Part shown: positions 40,411-54,426 of the stretch, one piece after another
Layout of the letters: each line of letters begins with the position of its first letter
Numbering within the stretch: the first letter of the stretch is position 1
Assembly (NCBI GenBank): GCA_951406725.2
Contig: OX597824.1
Coordinates: forward strand, 8,494,001-8,558,000
Direction of reading: 5' to 3'
Length of the DNA: 64,000 nt
Source: Octopus vulgaris
Lineage: Eukaryota
The notes under the pieces: model-generated
The model's input: the letters and a program-made list of their open reading frames with translations, nothing else
The model's database searches: none
What the model was told of the DNA's origin: nothing
Program-made: the position numbers and the translations under genes

Positions 40411-40473
40411 GTTCAATTAAATTGGGTCGCTTGAAACGGTCGTACTGCATTACAACTCGATATCCTACTGCTT
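40411..40473 (-). repeat. Right terminal inverted repeat (partner of 4527-4589)
   Basis: gttcaattaaattgggtcgcttgaaacggtcgtactgcattacaactcgatatcctactgctt. Confidence 0.75.
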
Positions 40474-40565
40474 CTTTTGATTTTGTTCACCTTACTTCGA
40501 GCTATGCGGATATTACCGGACTGAATTGATGCTTCAACTCAAGTTCGGAATCTTAATTATTTCTT

Positions 40566-41418
<853 letters not shown>

Positions 41419-41572
41419 GAGATGGTAGTTCAAGAAGAATGAGAAAGGGAGGGTGAGTTTAAAAGATATAGGAGACAAAAATGATAAACGAGTGTGTATG
41501 TATGCATGTGTGTGTATGTGTGTGCGTGTGTGCGCATGAGCGAAAGCGTGTGTACTTCTGTTCTTATATATA

Positions 41573-42651
41573 CAGCCTTGGCTAGAAGTACTAGACCACC
41601 CCAATGTTTAGGGGTTCCGCTATCACAACGTTAATGAAACTCGTGCTCATGGTAGACTATGGTATATTTCTCAATATACAGTAGTTCTATTATCTGGTTG
41701 ACCCTTCTTTAGCATCAATTACCTATTTCTTTACTACCCACAAGGGGATACACACAAAGGGGACAAACAAGGACAGACAAAGCGATTAAGTCGATTACAT
41801 CGACCCCAGTGCGTAACTGGTACTTAATTTATCGACCCCGAAAGGATGAAAGGCAAAGTCGACCTCAGCGGAATTTGAACTCAGAACGTAGCGGCAGACG
41901 AAATACCTATTTTTTACTACCCACAAGAGGCTACACACAAAGGGGACAAATAAGGACAGACAAAAGGATTAAGTCGATTACATCGACCCCAGTGCGTAAC
42001 TGGTACTTAATTTATCGACCCCAAAAGGATGAAAGGCAAAGTCGACCTCAGCGGAATTTGACCTCAGAACGTAGCGGCAAACGAAATACCTATTTCTTTA
42101 CTACCCACAAGAGGCTACACACAAAGGGGACAAACAAGGACAGACAAAGGGATTAAGTCGATTACATCGACCCCAGTGCGTAACTGGTACTTAATTTATC
42201 AACACCAAAAGGATGAAAGGCAAAGTCGACCTCAGCGGTATTTGAACTCAGAACGTAGCGGCAGACGAAATACTGCTTAGTATTTCGCCCGGCGTGCTAA
42301 CGATTCTGCCAAAATACCGCCTTCAATTAGCATCAATTACGATTTTTATACTGTATTGGACACATGCAACCAATTATGAGTAAAACCAACGTCCAAAATT
42401 AACTCATGTTTCCTTGATTCCTTCAGAGTTTAATATAAGTTAATTTTGGATGTTGGTCTAACTTATAATTGGTTGCGTATCTACAGTACAGTATAAAATC
42501 GGTAATTGATGCTAAAGGAGGGTCCACCAGATATTGAAACTAATGTATTTTGTTAAATATACCATAGTCTACCATGTGCACGAGTTTCATTAACATTGTG
42601 ATAGCAGAACCCCAAAAAATTGGGGTGGCCTAATACTTTTGGCCAAGGCTG
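41573..42651. mobile_element. Tc1/mariner-type palindromic MITE (~460 bp once the SINE insert is removed)
   Basis: TA|CAGCCTTGGCTAGAAGTACTAGACCACCCC ... GGGGTGGCCTAATACTTTTGGCCAAGGCTG|TA; TA target duplication; arms complementary almost to the centre (~42420). Confidence 0.88.
41723..42326 (-). mobile_element. tRNA-derived SINE with three tandem ~183-bp internal units, inserted in the MITE
   Basis: Minus strand has box A-like ggcagaatcgttag, box B gagttcaaat(t/a)cc and central domain gtcgactttgcctttcatcctttcggggtcgataaattaagtaccag; flanked by 14-bp TSD ttagcatcaattac (41709-41722 and 42327-42340). Confidence 0.88.
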
Positions 42652-42729
42652 TACATTGTGCATATGCATGGGTAAATGCACATCTATGTGGATGTATTAG
42701 AGAGACAAAGAGAGATTGAGACACAGGTT

Positions 42730-42762
<33 letters not shown>

Positions 42763-42949
42763 GAAGATAGATAGATAGAGAGAGAGAGAGAGCGATGGAG
42801 AGAAGGAGTAAAGGTATTACATACTCCAAGTGTGTTACATACTAAGAAGGGAAACAGAGAAAGCGAATAAAATCTCAAAGACAGAAACTAAGGTGCCTTG
42901 CGATAAAAAGGGATTATGTTTACGTACATAAACGAACACATTTTATATA

Positions 42950-43072
42950 TAGCGGGGAGCGTAGGCTCGAAACGTAAAAGACTTTTTCTATTTCTATTCC
43001 TGAGCGCTATACTAATACATTTGTTTGTTTGTACTCCACCTGCCTTCGTCTTTTGTTTATTTTCGTAAATTT
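42950..43072 (+). mobile_element. Possible Penelope-like terminal (pLTR) remnant
   Basis: gagc-gtag-gctc-GAAACGTA hairpin and GAAA motif followed by a T-rich segment, next to a TA tract. Confidence 0.3.
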
Positions 43073-43527
43073 TCCCACCGTGGGGCGTTGGAAAATTGGA
43101 GTGGAGCATGCGTTAGCGTGAGTTATGAAATTTTTTGCAAGTGACTTGAGCACACGCTTGTTGACCCTAAGGCTATCTTTGAACACTGAAATATGGAAAA
43201 AAAAAAACCTCGCCATGCAATATTTGTACTTAAACCACGGGAATCGATGTAGCTATGACCAGTCAGCATACCGAGGGAGGTATCTGCATTTTTTAACCGT
43301 CTGTTTCTCTGTTTCAATATCTATTGTCCCGTGTCAAGCTTTTATAAAAGCAGTAGGGAACTCCGCTCACTATTGAGTCGTGGTATCCGTCAACCAGGTA
43401 ATTGAAGATCGTGTTTCTATATTAAAAGAAAAATGTTGATAGGTACCAGATTTTTTAAAAAGTGGGGCACCGAAAATTTTGTTATTAAAAAGTGGGGCAC
43501 CGGGAAAAAAAATGTTGGGAAACACTG
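43071..43527. mobile_element. Possible hAT-type non-autonomous DNA transposon remnant
   Basis: Right end gttgggaaacactg (reverse complement CAGTGTTTCCCAAC); two subterminal direct repeats ttaaaaagtggggcaccg; left end only partial (tttcccaccgtggggcg). Confidence 0.45.
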
Positions 43528-43599
43528 GTCTAGTACCTACTGTAGCACATATTCGATCTGGTATCCAGGTGAACTTCGGTTGAAGTTGAGGTAGCAAAA

Positions 43600-43960
43600 G
43601 AGCCGAAGTATCAAGCCTTTTGAGTCACGTAAATACTTGGAAAGTCTGAAAAATGGGGGAGATAGCTAGCAACCTTGTCTTAGACCTGCGCTTTCTTCCG
43701 ATCAGTCAATCAGCCGGCCATTTATAATTAGTATAGCACGTCCGGTTTTGCTGGTAGGTTCCCCTATAATTCTTTACAGTGGTTTTGCGATTAATGCTGT
43801 CCTCATCCTCTATAAAGCCTTCTGTCAGATCCTGTCGAAAGAAGCCCTGGAGTCGATGACGTTGGAGTGCATGAGCAATTAGTGGTCTTTTGATTTTGAA
43901 AGCATCGATTGTACGTCTACCTGGGTCTTAAACCAGACTGATTTTCGCTCGTTACTTTTT
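43600..43960 (-). pseudogene. Possible degenerate fragment of an RLE-clade (R4/Dong/NeSL-like) non-LTR ORF
   Basis: Manual minus-strand translation gives RLQGFF, LTEGFIEDED and DKVASYL, resembling LHGQF, ETEGFI.A.QD and HDKVA.YIHW. Confidence 0.3.
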
Positions 43961-44119
43961 CGGCTTTTCCTTTCATTCTGCTGAAGACGATTTTACTGAA
44001 CACTTTGCCCCTGTTAGTATTAACAAAAGAAAACAGCAAAAAAAAACAACAAAAACACTCTGAAGTCTTCGGGATTTCTCATATATTGGACTTACCGTTA
44101 TACTGTAGAAGCAGTATGA

Positions 44120-44262
44120 CATAATGTGTAAGAAACTCACCTCGCTACTATCAGGTTCGATCCCACTGCGTTGCATGTTAAGCAAACATAATTTTCTTTA
44201 ACCTTGGGTCGACGTATATCTTGTGCGCGAAACTGGCTAGACGGAAACTGTATAGAAGCTTG
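44120..44262 (+). mobile_element. Degenerate 5' part of tRNA-derived SINE
   Basis: ggttcgatcccactgcgttgca..ccttgggtcgac..tagacggaaactg..gaagc parallels 44440-44565. Confidence 0.5.
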
Positions 44263-44406
44263 GTGGGTGGATTGTACCTGTTATTCAAAAGATACAGTCT
44301 TGAAAAGATGGGATAGCTATAACTAGAAGGTCATTGATCGTACGTTTGCTCAATCAGAACTGATCTAGGGACCAAGTAAGAATAGCTACGATAGAAATGT
44401 TTAGAG

Positions 44407-44568
44407 TTGTAGGAGTGGCTGTGTGGTAAGTAGCTTGCTTACCAACCACATGGTTCTGGGTTCAGTACCACTGCGTGGCACCTTGGGCATGTGTCTTCTA
44501 CAATAGCCTCGGGCCGACCAATGCCTTGTGAGTGGATTTGGTAGACAGAAACTGAAAGAAGCCCGTCG

Positions 44569-44602
<34 letters not shown>

Positions 44603-44636
44603 TGTATGTATGTATGTATGTATGTATGTATGTATG

Positions 44637-44668
<32 letters not shown>

Positions 44669-44935
44669 CGTGTATATATGTATATATATATATATATATA
44701 TATACGTGTATATATGTTTGTGTGTCTGTGTTTGTCCCCCCAACATCTCTTGACAACCGATGGTGTTGTGTTTACATACCCGTAATCTAGCGGTTCGGCA
44801 AAAGACACCGATAGAATAAGTACTAGGCTTACAAAGAATAAGTTCTTGGGTCGATTTGGTCGACTAAATGCGGTGCTCTAGCATGACCACACTCAAATGA
44901 CTAAAACAAGTAAAAGAGTAAAAGAGTAAGAGTGA
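44407..44935 (+). mobile_element. Full-length tRNA-derived CORE-type SINE with internal microsatellite
   Basis: Box A tggctgtgtggt, box B ggttcagtacc, CORE-like gcaccttgggcatgtgtcttc, internal (ATGT)n/(TA)n, LINE-like tail ending in (gtaaaaga)n. Confidence 0.85.
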
Positions 44936-45356
44936 GGAATGCCGTGTTTAGCAATAATTTCAATGCTAAGAAGACCTGAAGAAAGAGAATGACCATATTT
45001 TATAAGGAGATTATTGGAAGCACCATTTTAATAGAGTCTATGAGATTTTATATGCTGAAAGAATCTGGTGTGATATCGCAATATAAATCAAATCTTTGCT
45101 TCTTTCAGTATTTTTCTCGCCCAAATTTCTGGCTCAGAACCAATAAACAGTTATTTCTTTTGTCTTTGTGATACATCTGTCAGAAATCTAACTCAGCCAA
45201 GAAGTTTAATTAAAATATTGGTTCCAGGAATGGTTTCGGTAGGAACTAATTTTCTGGTCGTCATCGTTGTTGTTGTTGTTGTTGCGGTTGTTGATGTTCC
45301 TAATGTGATGGGCTGTTGTAGTTGTTTCCAACACTAACCATATGCCTTTATGAAAT

Positions 45357-46150
<794 letters not shown>

Positions 46151-46625
46151 TGGTATGTGTGAGTGTGTGTATAGGCAAGCTTCATGCGAGCATTACTGTT
46201 CTCGATTATCAATTATTATTATCAATTTTTTTTGAGTTTCTTCTTTCTTTCTTCGTCTCCAACCCTTTCCAACTTTCCAAGCTAATAAGCACGAACTTAC
46301 GCTGTCTTGCTATTTTTTGTGTGCTTTTCCTTTGTCTTTCGATTCGAAACGCGGAGTAGATAAAACAGGGGACAACTGATGAAGGGAATGTTCTTTATGT
46401 TTCCGGTTTCATTTCTCTATTTGATTCTTTCGTTGTTCGAAAATTAAAGTTCGTTTTCCATATTTTTGTCTTTTATGTTCTCATTTCTCATTTTGTTCAC
46501 GTTTTTTTTGACGTCCTGTACTCATATGTGCATGTATGTACATGCACATATGTACATATATGGTATGTACATATATGTATGTATATATACATATATGGTA
46601 TGTACATATATGTATGTATATATGC

Positions 46626-46677
<52 letters not shown>

Positions 46678-46685
46678 CTATTATC

Positions 46686-46756
<71 letters not shown>

Positions 46757-46993
46757 AACGTATGTTGCTTTATGTCGGTGAGTGCTCAATACCAGTTGTA
46801 GAGGATCTAGATTCTTTTTAATGAAACCGAAACTGACAGCTCGTCTCTCTATTCGAGTTTCACGCATCTGCAATCTTCGGGCAAGAATTGTTACAACTTA
46901 GTATTGACGTTCTAGGTATACCTTTTGGTGTGAGTGTGCGTGTGTTTGTGCACGTATGTGTGTGTGCATGCATGTACGTATGTTTGTACGTCT

Positions 46994-47061
<68 letters not shown>

Positions 47062-47137
47062 ATATGTGTGTGTGTGTGTTATATACATATGTGTGTGTTT
47101 ATGTTTGTGTATCTGTCTTTGTCACCTCAACATCGAT

Positions 47138-47287
47138 GATCTTCTTTCAGTTCCCCTTTACCAAATCCACTCACAAGGCTCTGGTCAGTCCTGGGTTATA
47201 GCAGAAGACACTTGCCCAAGTTGCCACGCAGTGCAATTGAACCCGGAACCATGTGGCTGGGAAGCAAACTTTTTACCACACGGCCAT
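47138..47287 (-). mobile_element. 5' half of the CORE-type SINE
   Basis: Reverse complement of 44415-44562 (ccaaatccactcacaaggc..gaagacacttgcccaag..gaacccggaaccatgtgg..ttaccacacggcca). Confidence 0.85.
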
Positions 47288-48075
47288 AACTTAGAAACAA
47301 TTTTATCCGGCAGCGTAGCGATGGGTGATGCATTACTATTATATAACATTAATATCTTATAAATTATATGCTAATATCCTATCTTACTTTTCTGCTCCAT
47401 ATCATCAACATCCACATGCTAAATATTTTTTCTTAATTTCTTACATATCTTTATAAATTTGCATTTAATGTGTGACAATTATTGTTTACACAGGTTTTTT
47501 TCTATATCAAAATATTATACAATCGTTCAAAAATCTTCCATTTTCTTTTTTTCTGACTTTTCTTATTAAACGAACCGTTTCTATAAGTTTTCTTTAAAAA
47601 CCGTATAAAGTATAAGCGACGCATTCTCTTCTCGCTTACATTTTTACTTGCTTACATCTCTCATTTCTTCCTCTATTTTACAATTGCATACATCGTTAAT
47701 GGTATGTGTTTATTTATAAATCAATATATTATATTATCGCTTAACCCATTATATAATTTTCTTTTTTCTTCTCTTATCTCCTCTCTCTCACTCTCTCTAT
47801 CTCTCTGTCTCTCTATTTTGGATTATTTTTTTATGACTTACGATTTTCCATACATTACTTCGTACTTCCTATCCGTAAAAAAAAATTTATATCAACGCTA
47901 ACTCAATCTAATCGCAATAACTAATCGAATTAGGAGATTATTTCAAAATGTTTTGCGACATTTCAACGTCTTCGTAAATCAGATGTAAATAAATTCACGT
48001 CGATTGTTGACTCCACTAATGGCAGACACATCGAATGCTGAAACTTAGAAACGTCATGGTATAGGAATTCTCATT

Positions 48076-48113
<38 letters not shown>

Positions 48114-48132
48114 CGTGCGCGTGTGCATATAT

Positions 48133-48345
48133 TCTTTTATTCTTTTACTTGTTTCAGTCATTTGACTGCGGCCATACTGGAGCACCGATTTTAGTTGAAC
48201 AAATGGACCCCAGGACATATTCTTTGTAAGCCTAGTACTTATTCTATCGGGCTCTTTTGTCGAACCAGTAAGTTACGGGGAAGTAAACACACCAGCATCG
48301 GTTGTCTAGCGATGTTGGGGTGACAAAGACAGATACTCAAACAGA
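48133..48345 (-). mobile_element. 3' half of the CORE-type SINE
   Basis: Reverse complement of 44720-44920, including tail tcttttacttgtttcagtcatttgactgcggccatactggagcaccg. Confidence 0.85.
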
Positions 48346-48367
48346 AAAGAATTATTACAAAAACTAT

Positions 48368-49395
48368 AAGCTGGCAGAATCGTTAGCACGCTAGACGAAA
48401 AGCTTAGCGGTATTTCGCCCGAGGTCAACTTTGCCTTTCATCCTTTCGGGGTCGATAAATTAAGTACCAGTTACGCACTGGGGTCGTACTTAATCCGTTT
48501 GTCTGTCCTTGTTTGTCCTTTCTGTGTTTAGCCCCTTGTGGGTAGTAAAGAAATAGGTATTTCGCCCGAAGCTATGTTCTGAGTTCAAATTCGGCCGAGG
48601 TTGACTTTGCCTTTCATCCTTTCGGGGTCAATAAATTAAGTACCAGTTGTGTACTGGGTTGATCTAATCGACTGGCTCCCTCCCCAAAAATTTTGGGCGT
48701 TGAGCCTCGAGCAGAAAATAATATTATTGTAAGGCAGCGAGCTGACAGAAACGTTAGCACGCTGGGCGAAATGCTTAGCAGAATTTCGTCTCTCTTTACG
48801 TTCTGAGTTCAAATTCGGCCGAGGTCGACTTTGCCTTTCATCCTTTCGGGGTCGATAAATTAAGTACCAGTTGCGTACTGGGGTTGATCTAATCGACTGG
48901 CTCCCTCCCCAAAAATTTTGGGCGTTGAGCCTCGAGCAGAAAATAATATTATTGTAAGGCAGCGAGCTGACAGAAACGTTAGCACGCTGGGCGAAATGCT
49001 TAGCAGAATTTCGTCTCTCTTTACGTTCTGAGTTCAAATTCGGCCGAGGTCGACTTTGCCTTTCATCCTTTCGGGGTCGATAAATTAAGTACCAGTTGCG
49101 TACTGGGGTTGATCTAATCGACTGGCTCCCTCCCCAAAAATTTTGGGCGTTGAGCCTCGAGCAGAAAATAATATTATTGTAAGGCAGCGAGCTGACAGAA
49201 ACGTTAGCACGCTGGGCGAAATGCTTAGCAGAATTTCGTCTCTCTTTACGTTCTGAGTTCAAATTCGGCCGAGGTCGACTTTGCCTTTCATCCTTTCGGG
49301 GTCGATAAATTAAGTACCAGTTGCGTACTGGGGTTGATCTAATCGACTGCCCCCCCACCACTTTCTCAAAAAATTTGGGCCTTGTTCCTTTAGTA
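48368..49395 (+). mobile_element. Tandem cluster of tRNA-derived SINEs, including three near-identical 225-bp units
   Basis: aaggcagcgagctgacagaaacgttagcacg recurs at 48731, 48956 and 49181; box B gagttcaaattc; same central domain as 41723-42326. Confidence 0.88.
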
Positions 49396-49609
49396 GAAAC
49401 AATTAGTAATGGTCTGAATTCTGTTGAACAATAATAACATATATTTAGAATACCTTTCGTCATATTCCACAGAATAAGTATATCCATTGAAGAATACCCC
49501 ATACTTTAATTTCATGACAAACAGCATTACTTTCACTAAAACAAACTTAGCGGTGTTATGTGACAGACCTCTCGGCTTATGTGCATCTCGACTTATGTGC
49601 GACGATATG

Positions 49610-49985
49610 TGCATCTGTGATCACGAGCAGAAGTAGTGAGGGAGTATCATAGCCATGTGTTGAGAGGAATTCTTTGGAGTTTGAATAATTCACCTCTGGA
49701 AACATGGGTGTTTTGTTCAACATCCTTGAACAACTGTTATTTTGAGCGGGATGGGTTACTCGACCAGAAGAAAATTCTAATTGGGCCCCACCTGCAAGGT
49801 CATGCGCTGTTAATCTTGATATGAGATCACCATGTCGCGCATATATGGTTGTGATGCATGTGCCTGGTTTATCCTTATCAGACGACTAGTCATGATGGGT
49901 ATACTGGGCTTCATATATTTGTACCCTAGTGTCACTTTGATGGCATACACCGCGCTCTCACTCAATGATGATAATAATAATAATC

Positions 49986-50020
<35 letters not shown>

Positions 50021-50120
50021 CACCAGCATGAGCTTCCAACTTGTTGTCGCTTGAGGTCTTTGGGTGATACTTGGAGCCAACTTGTACAAATGTAAAGCAG
50101 AAGTCAAACATATAATAATA
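49610..50120 (+). mobile_element. Probable 3' ends/UTRs of non-LTR elements terminating in (AAT)n
   Basis: Two higher-complexity segments each ending abruptly in a TAA repeat tail (..ctctcactcaatgatgataataat; ..gaagtcaaacatataataata); family not identifiable. Confidence 0.35.
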
Positions 50121-50156
50121 GTAGTAGTAGTAGTAGTAGTCGTAGTAGTAGTAGTA

Positions 50157-50203
<47 letters not shown>

Positions 50204-51110
50204 TCCTAGGATTGATAGAAGGCTAGAAGTTTGGTGGAAAGAACGATTTGTTGATTAAATTGATCTCGGTAACACTTGGCCACAGAAGAAAGAAAAGCAA
50301 TGATACGATCGCAGAAAGATTTAAGTCGGAACGTAGATTCAAAGCGAAACACGGCAAAGCATTTTATCTTACGGTATAAAGATATTGCCAGTTCGTTGCT
50401 CAATTATGAAAAATATCAAATGGAAGAAACAACAGCAATATTAACAACAATAAACCATTAAATTTATTTCACTGGTGTGAAACCATTATATTTTATTCAT
50501 TAAAGATATTTCAAATAACGTATATATTATATATATATATATATATATAAGAAAGTTAAGAAGAAGATAGAGCTTAGAAAATAATAACAAAACAAAGAGT
50601 ATGTATAACATGTGTAAGTACAACAACAGTAACAACAACAACAACAACGATAACAACGACAACAACGAATGTTTCAATGATGTGTAAAGTTCTTTTGTTG
50701 TCTGGATTTCATTATACGAGTACACTTCTTTTTCTTTTTCTTTCTTCTTTTTTTTTTCTTCTTTTGTTAAAAGGAGGCAGTCAGCTTACCAACAGAGATA
50801 AAGAAAACAAGAGACTATTTCTGAATATTTGCGTTTATTGAGAAAAGTTTAACAAATGAAAAAAAAAAAAAAAATTTCAACAAGTAGCATCGAAAAATAA
50901 AATTCAAACCAACAAAAAAAAAAATTGAAAAAACGAAAAAACCCAACAAATTACAAGAATCACTCAGTGATGATAACATAACAATATATAATTATTTATA
51001 TATATATGTGTGTGTGTGTCAATATATATGTGCATATACGTGTACATAGAGATATAGACATGTATTCACGTATCTGTATGTATATATTATGCTAACAGAA
51101 GCATACATGC

Positions 51111-51171
<61 letters not shown>

Positions 51172-51175
51172 CAGA

Positions 51176-51292
<117 letters not shown>

Positions 51293-51854
51293 GCATAAAT
51301 GCAGATATAGATGTACGTATGCATCAATGTGGTTATATCGGTGAACATAGATACGTACACTCATCTATATATGATTATATAGACCACGAAAGATATATAT
51401 GCATACATGTATATACACATGCATAAATAAATATATACATAAATAGATACATACACATACACACACTCACACGCACACGTACACACACACACATATATAT
51501 ATAGGCATATATTTCCACACTAATATTGATATCACTCGTGAGTGAGTGCCATGTGATAGTATTTTATTGCAATATAGAATAACAACTCGTTTTGTTTGCC
51601 AAATTAATATGAATGCTAATGCAACTAAAATGATTGTTTTGTTATTAAATATATACATATGATTACCTATGTACAATGTGTCGTATGTGAATGGTATAGT
51701 ACAAATGAAATTATAATTGTATGTTATATATATATATATATATATATATAAACTTATACACACGCAGAAAGCATAAATATATATCCAGACTTTGAAGGCT
51801 GAATATACCTATCATAGGGTATGTTTTTCTAAGAAATGCAGACATGCATATGTT

Positions 51855-51968
<114 letters not shown>

Positions 51969-52088
51969 ATCGAATTTATTAGCTGTAGAGTTTCATAAGT
52001 GATTGTGAAGCCTATACGCTCGTGCTATATGTATATACCTAAAATATGTATATATATATACATAGACATGTATATACATACACACACA

Positions 52089-52150
<62 letters not shown>

Positions 52151-52516
52151 AATACGTATACACATATATGTTTATATATATATATACTCATATATATATA
52201 TAATACGTGTGTATGCATGTATATACATGCCTCTGTATATGTTTATATCAATAAACATAAGGTCTATTATGTCTTTATGAAGTATTTCTCTTTTGCAATG
52301 TCGACATGCGCATCTATATACTTCCGTTTTATTATTGTGTAAAAGTAAGCGCTAATTTATCGCTATGGTCGCTGTAGTGATAATACCATTACATATAATA
52401 ACAACAGTAATAATAATAATGAAGATGAACATGTAAATGATAATGATAATGATGATAATTATAATGATGATGGTGATGATAATGTTGATGAACTCTTGTA
52501 TTGGCATAAGGCCACA

Positions 52517-52581
<65 letters not shown>

Positions 52582-52667
52582 TGATGATAATAATAATAAT
52601 AACAATAATAGATGATAATAATAATAATAACAATAATAAATAATAATATTGGTGTTTGTTTTTAATT

Positions 52668-52873
52668 TAGGCACAAGGCCGGCAATATTGCGGGATGTGT
52701 GCTTTGTCGAATACATCGATTCCAGTTTGACTGGTGCCTTATTTTATTGATCCCGAAAAGATAAATGATAAAGTTAGTCTCGGTGAGATTCGAACTGAGA
52801 ACGTAAAGAGCAGGAAGATATACCTCGAGGCATTTTGCTTGACTCTCTAACGCTTCTACAAGTTCGCAGCCCT
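52668..52873 (-). mobile_element. Degenerate tRNA-derived SINE (family of 48368-49395)
   Basis: ggcacaaggcc..catcgattccag..ctggt..gatcccgaaaagataaa..gattcgaactgagaacgtaaag. Confidence 0.7.
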
Positions 52874-52995
52874 AATAATAATAGAAGTAGTAGTAGTAGC
52901 AGTAGTAATAATAATAACATTGATGATAATGATACTTAATAATAATAACCTTAAATATAACAATTATATTGATGAAGATAATAATAATAATAATG

Positions 52996-53198
52996 GCTTC
53001 AAATTTTGCCACAAGGGCAGCATTTTTGCATGAGGGATTACATCGACCCCAGTGTTCAACTGGTATTTATTTTATCGACTCCGGAAGGATGAAAGGCAAA
53101 GTCGACCTCGGCGGAATTTGAACTCAGAACGCAAAGACGGACGAAATGCCGCTAAGCATTTTTCCCGGCGTGCTAACGATTCTGCTAGCTCGCTGCTT
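52996..53198 (-). mobile_element. tRNA-derived SINE (same family) embedded in (TAA)n
   Basis: catcgaccccagtg..gaaggatgaaaggcaaagtcgacctcggcggaatttgaactcagaac..gtgctaacgattctgctagctcgctgc. Confidence 0.85.
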
Positions 53199-53209
53199 TA
53201 GTAATAATC

Positions 53210-53287
<78 letters not shown>

Positions 53288-53757
53288 TTTTTGCTACAAG
53301 GGATCAACGTGGTGTGATAAGTACAAAGGTGATATGGAAAAAGAGGAAGAAAAACCAACAACAATGAGAATAACAAGAAATAGGGAAATTTTCCGTTAGT
53401 TAAAGGGCGAAGTCATCAATAAAATGGTAACGTAAATATATTAAAAATAATAATAAATAGCAATAAAAATAACAGTATAAAATAATATAGTATCAAAAAA
53501 ATGTCTGTAAAATGTGAGTGAAAAGGGGCGTCAACTAAAATGTCTGATTCAGGGCAGCCACACTCGAAAGAAACAAACCCGGGTTACCCCTGGAGGTAGT
53601 ACTTACACTCGGTTCTTGTCACCAGTCTACAGCTTTGTCTTCTGTGTAAGGCCTGTTTAGCTCTGCCATTCCAACCATTCTCGTTCACTTCCACGGAATT
53701 TAACGGAGAGCAGCTAATCCCTTTATGCTTTCGCCTTCCTCATAACTGTCTCTAATC

Positions 53758-54180
53758 TAGGCATAAGACCAACTATTTTGAGAGGGTGACGTTAAGTCGA
53801 TATCATCGACGTCACTACTGAACCGGTACTTAATTTTTATCGGGTTTAGTACTTTATTTCAGTATCCCGAAAGGATGAAAGACAAAGTTGACTCTGGTGG
53901 AATTTTAGCAGGGAACGTAAACTGCAACAAATGACGAATCGGATTTTTTCCGGCGCTTTAACGTTTTGGACTGTTTAACGTTCTTCACGTAATAATTGAT
54001 TTTGATTTTGGCGCAAGGCCAACCGTTTTGAGAGATACTGTAACTTGGTAGTGGGTGGGGGGAATAGTCAGTAAAATTGACCTCAGTTTTGGGCTGATAC
54101 AATTTTTTGCAACTCCGGATGGATAGAAGGCAAAAATCTCTCTCGTCGGGCCCTGAAGTCTGAATGTTAAGAACCATCAG
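53758..54180 (-). mobile_element. Two consecutive degenerate SINE copies (same family)
   Basis: ggcataagaccaa..cccgaaaggatgaaagacaaagttgactc and ggcgcaaggccaa..ggatagaaggcaaa. Confidence 0.55.
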
Positions 54181-54357
54181 AATCTAAACGTATGGTTTCT
54201 TTAAAAGAGTGTTTTTGAAAAAGGTCGCCCTCACACGGCAGAGCAAAGCAATACTTTGGTGGAACTTGGAACTCGACATTAAGCAAGTAAGCGAGTGAAC
54301 CTTGCATGAAAATATTAATTCAAATTTCTTTTGAATGCATACATATATGTACATATG

Positions 54358-54418
<61 letters not shown>

Positions 54419-54426
<8 letters not shown>

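Larger units (their letters stand above)
4527..40473. mobile_element. Putative non-autonomous foldback/TIR DNA transposon containing the expanded 58-bp satellite
   Basis: TIR - forward monomers - inverted monomers - ~165 bp AT-rich segment - TIR; no transposase and no clear TSD seen. Confidence 0.55.

Noticed and set aside
44411-44480. tRNA genes at SINE heads (also 55420-55494 and 48731-48820)
   Set aside because: A/B boxes are present but there is no complete cloverleaf, and each continues into a SINE body.
48636-49502. 288-aa ORF with three 75-aa repeats
   Set aside because: Antisense translation of the 225-bp tandem SINE units.
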